DNA from: Takakia lepidozioides
Taxonomy: Eukaryota > Plantae > Bryophyta
Reading direction: 5' to 3'
DNA length: 7,057 nt
Assembly (NCBI GenBank): GCA_030704615.1
Contig: JAKLZA010000209.1
Span: 1 to 7,057 of the forward strand
Shown: positions 1 through 7,056 of the stretch, one piece after another
Layout: the number at the start of each line of letters is the position of its first letter
Numbering within the stretch: the first letter of the stretch is position 1
Translations under genes and position numbers: made by a program
The notes under the pieces: generated by a model
The model's database searches: none
What the model saw: the letters and a program-made list of their open reading frames with translations, nothing else
Told to the model about the DNA's origin: nothing

Positions 1-98
1 ATAAGATTGAAACTGGAACCAGGGTCAGTACCAATCAAGCAGGCGAGGTATAGAATGAATCCCAACTACGCACAGAAGGTTGGAGAGAGATAAAGAAG
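1..98 (+). pseudogene. pol: Upstream part of pol (RT N-terminus), separated from the main ORF by a 1-nt frameshift near 82-88
   Basis: Frame 1 reads IRLKLEPGSVPIKQARYRMNPNYAQKV, then stops at 91-93. Frame 3 continues EIKKLAEAKFIYP. Together they give the canonical Gypsy 'P(I/V)KQ..YRM.P.....V..EI.KL....FI.P' RT start, so TTG at 99 is not a real start. Confidence 0.9.
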
Positions 99-760
99 TT
101 GGCTGAGGCTAAGTTTATATACCCAATAGAGTATACAACTTGGTTGTCACCCATTGTTATAGTTCCAAAGAAGAATGGCAAACTAAGAGTATGTGTGAAC
201 TATAAGAAGCTGAATGCTTGTACGAAGAAAGATCCTTTCCCTTTGCCATTCACAGAAGCAGTATTAGACACTGTGGCAGGCCATGAGATGTACTCATTCA
301 TGGATGGCTTCAGTGGTTATAATCAAGTGCAAGTGGCAGAAGAAGACCAAGGGAAAACAGCTTTCATCACAGACTGGGGGGCTTATGCATACAAAGTCAT
401 GCCCTTTGGACTTTGTAATGCACCAGCGACCTTTCAGAGAGTGATAAGTGAATCTTTTCATGAGTATCTGGATGATTTCATGCAGGTGTTTTTGGATGAT
501 TTCAGTGTGTACAGCTCTAAGAATGAGCACTTGCATAAATTGGAGTTATGCCTGGCCAGATGCAGGATGAGAGGTCTGGGCTTGAATCCAGAGAAGTGTA
601 CTTTCTGTGTGAACTCAGGGGTGCTTCTGGGACACATTGTGTGTAAGAAGGGACTTCTTGTGGATCCCAGGAAGACAGAGTCCATTAAAGTCTCTCCACC
701 ACCAGTGAATGTTAAGAGTTTAAGGAGATTCCTTGGGCAAACCAGTTATTACAGAAGATT
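99..760 (+). other. Reverse transcriptase domain of Pol (boundaries approximate)
   Basis: Catalytic Asp at 303-305 (FMDG) and FLDD at 489-500; LNPEKC and LLGHIV motifs; thumb LRRFLGQTSYYRRF. Confidence 0.95.
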
Positions 761-2897
761 TGTCAAAAGGTATGCACAAATAGCAGCACCATTGAGCAAG
801 CTTCTGAAGAAAGATGCAGTGTTTGCCTGGACAGCTGAATGTCAACAGGCGTTTGAGGAACTTACACTGTCAGTAACAACTACACCTGTGCTGATTAACC
901 CTCACTGGCATGTAGTATTTCATGTTCACTGCGATGCATCAGGAGAAGCGTTGGGTGCGGTGTTAGCCCAGAATGTTACAGGAAATATAGATTCACCTGT
1001 GTACTATGCTAGCCGATTGATGAACAGTGCTGAGAGGAACTATAGCACAACGGAAAGAGAAGCATTGGCAATGATTTATGCAGTCAAGAAATTCAGGCAT
1101 TACCTATTGGGAAGAAAGTTTATGTTTTATGTGGATCACCAGGCTCTGATATATCTGGTGAACAAACCTTTGATAAGTGGAAGGATAGCGAGGTGGTTAA
1201 TAATCTTGCATGAGTTTGAGTTCGAGGTTATTTACAAGCCTGGCCGTTTGCATCTTGTGGCAGATCATTTGTCACGACTAACAACAGGAGAGGCCGCCAC
1301 AGGAGTGGACGATCAGTTACCTGATGCGAGTTTATTTGTAATGGAGGTGCAAGGAAGTGCAGATGAATGGTTAGATTGGCAGTGGCCAATCAGATACTAC
1401 CTTGCTCATGGTCAGTGCCCACCTAGTTATGGTAAGGAGCAGAGGAAGAGAATTGCTATCAAAGCTTTACCTTATACTATGGTAGGAAGCAGAATGTATA
1501 AGTTAGGACCTGATGGAGTACTAAAACGATGCTTGTACCACCATGAAGTAAATAAAGTCTTGGAGGAAGTTCATAAAGGAGTGGCTGGAGGTCATTTTGG
1601 AGAAGAGACTACCAGTAGAAAGATACTACTCGCAGGATACTGGTGGCCTACTTTGTTCAAAGATGTACATGAGTATTGTCAGAAGTGTGATGAATGTCAG
1701 AGGCTAGGACCTTTGCAGAGATCTGGAAGAATGGCCTTGCATCCTACAATGCCTACGGAACCATTTCAGAAATGGGGACTAGACTTTGTTGGACCAATTA
1801 ATCCACCATCCAAGAATACACGAAACAGGTACATAATTACAGCCACTGATTATACTACAAAGTGGGTGGAAGCTAAAGCTTTGAGGGACAACACAGCCAA
1901 GTCCACAGCAAGGTTCCTGTACGAGAACATACTTACACGATTTGGATGTCCCTTAGAATTTATCAGTGATCAAGGAAGTCACTTCATGAATGAGACCATT
2001 GAGTTATTGACTAAAGAGTTTATGATTGTGCATAGAAAGAGTACAACATATTACCCACAGGGTAATGGGCAGGCAGAGGCTACCAACAAAATACTATGTA
2101 CTATCTTGGCTAAGATAGTCAATGCAAACAGAACGGATTGGGATACAAAGCTGCTGACAGCTTTGTGGTCATACAGGACTTCATATAAAGTCACCACTAA
2201 GTATACACCATTCCAATTAGTTTATGGTATGGAAGCCTTACTTCCAGTGGAATTCCTGTTACCTACCATGAGAACGGAGTGGGGAAAAAGAATGGAATTG
2301 CAAGACTCCATCAAGGTCAGGAAACATGAATTATACCATGTGGAAGAAGTACGTGCTGATGCAGCTGATAATATGACCAGAATTCAGATGAAGCGAAAGG
2401 AACAGTTTGATGAAGGCAAGTTAAAGACTTTTAAGACGGGGGATTTGGTTCTATGGTTGCAGAAGAAAGGAAAGATTCAAGCTTCTAAGCTTAAATCACC
2501 GTGGAAAGGACCTTATGTCATACAAAAGATGTATGATAACAACACCGCCATGTTACAAACCATTAACAAAGAAATGCTGGGAAGAGTCAATGCAAATAAG
2601 TTGAAGGGGTACAGTGGTATCCATGACAAACCCCTGCAGCATGATTTGCATATTGAACCGCAAGAACAGTCACGGGCTGCACCAGTGTTACGAACGGAGT
2701 ATGGAACACTTGTCGCTAGGCCCAGCATATATGACCAGGGTGGGCAAAACAAACGTGACACAGCCTATCACAGCCCGCCAAGGCGCAACACAGCCTATCA
2801 CAGCCCCATCACGACGCAACACAGCCTATCACAACATACACAGCATTCACAGCCTATCACAGCTTACCACAGTGCATCACAGCCTATCACAGCGTAA
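99..2897 (+). CDS. pol: Pol polyprotein (5'-partial): reverse transcriptase, RNase H, integrase with GPY/F motif
   Basis: WLSPIVIVPKKNGKLRVCV, FMDGFSGYNQ, MPFGLCNAPATFQR, FLDD, CDAS, NYSTTEREALA, DHQAL, ADHLSR, HHCC zinc finger, D,D(35)E core and WKGPY are all in one 932-aa frame. Confidence 0.97.
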   Translation: MAEAKFIYPIEYTTWLSPIVIVPKKNGKLRVCVNYKKLNACTKKDPFPLPFTEAVLDTVAGHEMYSFMDGFSGYNQVQVAEEDQGKTAFITDWGAYAYKVMPFGLCNAPATFQRVISESFHEYLDDFMQVFLDDFSVYSSKNEHLHKLELCLARCRMRGLGLNPEKCTFCVNSGVLLGHIVCKKGLLVDPRKTESIKVSPPPVNVKSLRRFLGQTSYYRRFVKRYAQIAAPLSKLLKKDAVFAWTAECQQAFEELTLSVTTTPVLINPHWHVVFHVHCDASGEALGAVLAQNVTGNIDSPVYYASRLMNSAERNYSTTEREALAMIYAVKKFRHYLLGRKFMFYVDHQALIYLVNKPLISGRIARWLIILHEFEFEVIYKPGRLHLVADHLSRLTTGEAATGVDDQLPDASLFVMEVQGSADEWLDWQWPIRYYLAHGQCPPSYGKEQRKRIAIKALPYTMVGSRMYKLGPDGVLKRCLYHHEVNKVLEEVHKGVAGGHFGEETTSRKILLAGYWWPTLFKDVHEYCQKCDECQRLGPLQRSGRMALHPTMPTEPFQKWGLDFVGPINPPSKNTRNRYIITATDYTTKWVEAKALRDNTAKSTARFLYENILTRFGCPLEFISDQGSHFMNETIELLTKEFMIVHRKSTTYYPQGNGQAEATNKILCTILAKIVNANRTDWDTKLLTALWSYRTSYKVTTKYTPFQLVYGMEALLPVEFLLPTMRTEWGKRMELQDSIKVRKHELYHVEEVRADAADNMTRIQMKRKEQFDEGKLKTFKTGDLVLWLQKKGKIQASKLKSPWKGPYVIQKMYDNNTAMLQTINKEMLGRVNANKLKGYSGIHDKPLQHDLHIEPQEQSRAAPVLRTEYGTLVARPSIYDQGGQNKRDTAYHSPPRRNTAYHSPITTQHSLSQHTQHSQPITAYHSASQPITA
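918..1277 (+). other. RNase H domain of Pol (Ty3/Gypsy type)
   Basis: HCDAS (D 933), EREALA, VDHQAL and ADHLSR (D 1263): all four acidic catalytic positions are present. Confidence 0.95.
1572..2612 (+). other. Integrase: HHCC zinc finger, DDE core, GPY/F C-terminal module
   Basis: H1572/H1593 and CDEC 1686-1697; D1782 (WGLDFVGP), D1968 (SDQG) and E2076 (QAE) with exact D-35-E spacing; KLKSPWKGPY at ~2487-2516; RVNANKLKGY end motif. Confidence 0.95.
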
Positions 2898-2937
2898 CAC
2901 AGTATGACACAGCCTGTCACAGCTCAACACAGCCTAC
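2758..2937. repeat. Tandem minisatellite: six copies of (A/T)CACAGCCTATCACAGC at ~30-bp period plus a partial seventh, built on a ~10-bp CACAG sub-unit
   Basis: 17-nt cores start at 2758, 2788, 2819, 2847, 2877 and 2907 (periods 30, 31, 28, 30, 30), with a partial copy at 2927. Intervening sequences are 11-14 nt and variable. Confidence 0.95.
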
Positions 2938-2939
2938 TA

Positions 2940-3420
2940 AAGTTACACGATCCATAGAATCAGTGACAAGTGGACACATAAAAACTTCAGGAAAATGGCT
3001 GACGGAAGAGAAACGGAAATTACTTTAAAAATAGACACGTGGAGGTCAGGGTGCGACACACAGCAGAGAATGAAGTGCAAGGACAGGTGTCAAAAGAAAG
3101 AGGACAAGAACGGCCGTCAAATGGGATGAAAGGCGGGCCCATTAATGAATACGGAAAAAGGGAAACGGAACGAACGGCAAGTACAGAAAAGCTGAATTCA
3201 TGTCGCATGTGTGATCCTAGTGGACTATCCAACAGGGAAAGTCCACTAAAGAAGATAAAAGTTAAAATCCAGTCACAGCAGATACAGCCAATAGAAAACC
3301 AGAAGAAATGATCAAGAAAATGGAAGAAAATTGAGCGCAAGAGGCGGCGTCGTTCTGAGTAACGGGCGTCTCGACAGGACAGGCCATAAATGCTATAACT
3401 TGGAAACTATGGAGGAACTA
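2940..3420 (+). promoter_or_regulatory. Putative internal regulatory/promoter region between pol and the 3' ORF
   Basis: CpG-rich relative to pol. GACA(A/C/G)GTG at 2965, 3034 (G-box CACGTG) and 3082; AACGG x5; GGCCCATTA at 3136; CCAAT at 3288; weak TATA-like CATAAATGCTATAA at ~3385-3398. Function is inferred only. Confidence 0.4.
3218..3248. other. Inverted repeat / stem-loop
   Basis: TAGTGGACT-A-TCC-[AACAG]-GGA-A-AGTCCACTA: 9 perfect bp, 1 mismatch, 3 bp, 5-nt loop. Confidence 0.8.
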
Positions 3421-3690
3421 ACAGACTATACGCTCGCAATATTACTTACGCAGTGGCATAGACACGAAACGACAGAGCAGAGCTTTTCTCTTGAGCAATG
3501 CTTGCAAGCCCCGCAGGCTTACAAGAGATTACCCATAGCTTTCTGCGGCAACCATACGTTTCTGCTTTGTGCACTACAGGCATTCCTGCAGTTGTTACAG
3601 CCAAAGCAGTTCTGTGAGTCTAAGATGAAGAGAGTGAGAGGAATGGAGGAAATCAGGGTGAAGAGCACCACAATTCTGCAGAAACAAACG

Positions 3691-4280
3691 ATGGCTACCC
3701 CACAGGCGATAAAGATACTGGAGGAGCTGAGATTGGAAGGATTGCAAAGCCTAGATTGGACACTACACCATAGACAGTACATGTTACAATTTTTGCAGAA
3801 CTTTGAGCCAAGGACAGGAACAACAACGGTGAAGGGAGTTGAATTAATGATTACTCCCCTATACCTCCAGCAATTGTTTCGATTGCCAGCAGGTCAGGTG
3901 CATGTGGGGAACACAGGGCAAGACTGCAAATAGGGGACTTATTCCAAGAAGGGAGTTTCTTTAAAACTCAGGGTTATGCTTGTACCAAAGCTGTGTACCC
4001 AGGGTTAAAAGAGATAGGCCAGGTATTGAACGTTCTGATTGCCCTGAAACAGAACCAACAATATTTGAGCAGATCCTTCACAGAGGAAATACTCAAAGGC
4101 CTGAAGGGACAAGAGGTACAATGGGCGGACATAATGTACAACGCACTGGTAGAGGAGATGAAAAGATTACAAGGTACTACCGCAAAGTCTCCTATCATAG
4201 TGTCTGGCCCAATCATTGCTCAAATAATCCTTATTCTGGCATACTTAATGCACAAGAAAGGAAGGAAATGGGAGTGTTTG
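3691..4280 (+). other. Putative plant-transposon-protein (Transposase_32 / ATHILA ORF-1 / PMD-like) domain of the 3' ORF
   Basis: Reconstructed LQFLQNF..TTTVKGVELMITPLYLQQLFRLP..KGQEVQWADIMYNAL..SPIIVSGPIIAQII resembles the 'EF..N..VRG..I.ITP..I..L..LP..G..V.W...I...L..G..I..I' pattern recalled for extra-ORF proteins of plant LTR elements. Judged by eye only. Confidence 0.55.
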
Positions 4281-6348
4281 AGCCAGAAACAACTGCAATG
4301 GAAGAGCAAGGCTCTTCACACAGTGAGGGTGGACTAGCAGCACAACCCGAGACTAAGAGGCAGAGAAGGGGAAAGACTGTAGTGGCGGATCCACTGGCTT
4401 CACGGATTCCGCATGATAATGTTTCCCAAGCTCATGACCAGGAAGGGGCACAGCAGCACAAAAGAATGTTATTACTGGAAGCAGGACCTTCAGAGAGGGA
4501 GGAGGAAGTTACTTCTGCATCACAGCCAACACAGCCACTTGAACGACTTGTCACAAGGTCACAAGTTATCCATGCAGCTCAACCCGAAATAATTGATTTG
4601 GAAAGTGAAGGGATAGATATTCCAACTACAGAACAGATAGTGGCAGAAATAGAGAAAGGGGACCTTCTCTATGAATATTCTGGTCTGGTCAAGGAGACAG
4701 AAATCCCAGAGGTGCAACAGTTGCCCAAGGGAAATCCTGAGGTGCATATAATGCACACACCTGTGTTGGAGGTACCACAGGCGGAAGGTCATGACACTGT
4801 AGCACCGGTCATAGATGAAGTAGTTCAGGAAGAAAATCCGGTGGGACAATGGCCTGAATGGTTAGTGAGACATCATACTGTTGAAGATCGGAGGAACAGC
4901 AGCAACCTCACCATGATGACCCTCAACAGGCAATGCTGATGAGTTCCATAGGCAGGACACTTAATTTGTTGGGGACTTATGTCAAATCCCATGTTCCAAT
5001 TACCCAATTGACAGCCTTGAAAGAGGAACTCAGGAAGGAGTTTGAGGCTCGACTTGCCACTGAGTGTGCAAACAAGGTCGATGAAGAGGTCACTCTCAAG
5101 ATGAAGCAGGACTTGGGCAATACAGAAATGGCTTTGCAGTTGGCCAAGCAACAATTGATTGAGGCAGGCCTCGCGCAAGACCAGTTGCACGAAGCACATA
5201 AGCAACAGCTATACCAAATGCAGGTGCAGCATGAAAGCAAGTTGCAAGAACTGAATGCACTACATACGGAGTTGCAGACAGTGCATAACAGGATGGCGAT
5301 ACAATGTGCTACATTTACAACTATGCTTGACCAATCAACAAAAGAAATAAACAGTCAAGCGGAAAAATGTACGAAGGCAGAAGAAGAGAATGTTGAGCAA
5401 ATGAAGCTCATTGTCGATATGAAGAATACAATCTGTCGCATGAAGATACTTTCAAGCAATACAGGCAGAGGAAGCTGATCAAGAGAAACACATCGTGGAG
5501 TTGCAACAAACCATCGTGGCCAATAGAAATGAAATCGCGGTCAGTAACAAGGCTTCGAAGGAAGCCAATAATCTACTTGCTGCCTATGCGCAATTGGTTG
5601 AGCCACAGGCGAAGCGCATGGAGGCTTTACAACAGCAGTTGGAATTGTACAAGCTAAGAGAGGAGCAAACTCTCAGGGAACCACAAGCAGCTTGGTGGAT
5701 AACAGCCTTATGCAGGTCTGGTTAGCACAAGGGCCAGTAGAGGGCAAACGCCCACGGAAGCTCACCCAAAGCGAGATGAATGAGCTCAGACTGCAGGTGC
5801 AGAACATTGCCACAACTACTATAGACAATGTCTATAGTAGGATAGCAGAGTTACAAGAGGATGTAGACGGACTCCAGACTCAAGTGGAAAACCTCACTTC
5901 AAACATCGACCAAAGAGTCTATATCCCTCAGGAACAGCTAATGGCTTCTTATTTGCAAGCCAGAACTCTGGCTTTTCAGTCTTCACAGGAGGTGCAGGAG
6001 ATGCCAATGATACAGGAGCCAGTACCACCACCACCACAACAGGTCAGTGTACCAGTAGCTGAACCTGTGGTTACTACAACCACACCACAGCCACCACAGC
6101 CGGAGGTATGGGGCAATGCCGCTTTTAACCCACCTAAAACTCCAGCTGCAAGGGAGTACAGCAGGGCTATGCTTATGCCCTTCAACCAAATTCCCATCAT
6201 GTTGGATTTGGCTTGGAAAGAATTTAGTCCTCCGCAGTCATTCGCACATTACTACCAAATCATGCGTATTTGGCTGCCAGTGGCAACTAGGACTAAAGTT
6301 CTTCCAAACAATCGACATATTGAAGATCATCACTTTGCACAATACTAG

Positions 6349-7056
6349 CACGAGGCAGGTACCATGTTGAGGGAATTGGTTGCTTTCCAGGTTGTACATG
6401 GACTCATTTATACCAAGACCAAGGAGATAGCAAGTATTGTCATGGGGTGCGGGCTATACTACGCTGCTTGTTTTCTGGTACGTTACCACATTGAGCAACA
6501 AAAGATGCAAACACGCTTTCAAAGTTACTCCAGTGGAGATCATTGGGTATTACCTTCAGTGCCACCTCATATGTACCTATATGACCCAAAAGTTATGATG
6601 CAGAAGAATTCTCAAATTCGTTCATGGTTTCAAGCAGCCTGCAACCATTTGTCAACACAGAAATTCGGACTTGATGACATTTTCTATAAGGGACATGTGG
6701 CATGGAAGTACTTGCACGCTGCACCAGTAATTGGTACCCCACTCATCTGGACAGACAAGGAGCTCAGTGCCTACACCAATTTTGCTGTTCAACGGTTACA
6801 CCAAGTTGTAAAATACAAACTTCCAGACATGGTAGGACAGCATTGTATGCCCCAGATGATTCCACAAAAAGTTAGAAAATTAAAACACCTGAGAGGCGAT
6901 GAGGATTCTGATACAACTGTTTCTTCACAGAATTCTTTTGACATGGGAGAAGACTATGCAATTCAGATGGAAGAGAAGAAACAAAGGGGATCTCCTATAC
7001 CGGAAAGATTACCTCGATATCAGCCTCCAGAAGGCCTCACTTATCCAGGTAGTGAT
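6349..7056 (+). CDS. Continuation of the 3' ORF after the TAG (236 codons, open at window end), unknown domain
   Basis: Frame 1 has no stop from 6349 to the end: HEAGTMLRELVAFQVVHGLIY...WKYLHAAPVIGTPLIWTDKELSAYTNF...PERLPRYQPPEGLTYPGSD. It is absent from the ORF track because no stop falls in the window. Confidence 0.8.

Noticed and set aside
99-760. Bacterial RT system (retron, DGR, group II intron)
   Set aside because: The RT is fused to Ty3/Gypsy RNase H and a DDE integrase, and its motifs are LTR-retrotransposon type.
2613-2897. Chromodomain or additional archaeal-type RNase H (Tat/Ogre)
   Set aside because: No aromatic-cage chromodomain motif follows GPY/F, and there is no second RNase H motif set between RH and INT or after INT.
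2758-2937. CRISPR array
   Set aside because: The repeats (17 nt) and spacers (11-14 nt) are too short, the spacers contain degenerate copies of the CACAG sub-unit, there are no cas genes, and the context is a eukaryotic retrotransposon.
3039-3311. 90-aa + strand ORF in the spacer (also the 2614-2907 and 6116-6370 alternate-frame ORFs)
   Set aside because: GTG start and composition are explained by A/G-rich DNA; the others overlap better-supported frames.
3290-3332. Polypurine tract / start of 3' LTR
   Set aside because: The purine runs are interrupted, no TG-initiated LTR can be demonstrated, and long coding sequence follows.
3900-5670. Programmed -1 ribosomal frameshifting at the ORF junctions
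   Set aside because: There are no canonical X XXY YYZ slippery heptamers at most inferred junctions, and five or more serial programmed shifts are implausible compared with indel errors or decay.
294-6200. Minus-strand ORFs (294-536, 458-685, 2513-2761, 3020-3340, 3519-3782, 3974-4216, 4559-4849, 4873-5205, 4977-5240, 5976-6200, 5983-6189)
   Set aside because: They are short antisense shadows of + strand coding or purine-rich sequence, with no recognisable motifs.
6427-6480. Transmembrane helix implying a true envelope protein (IASIVMGCGLYYAACFLV)
   Set aside because: It is only moderately hydrophobic and ~18 aa. No signal peptide or fusion-protein layout is evident, and NLS/SIM-like motifs point to a nuclear protein. 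Not excluded without DeepTMHMM.
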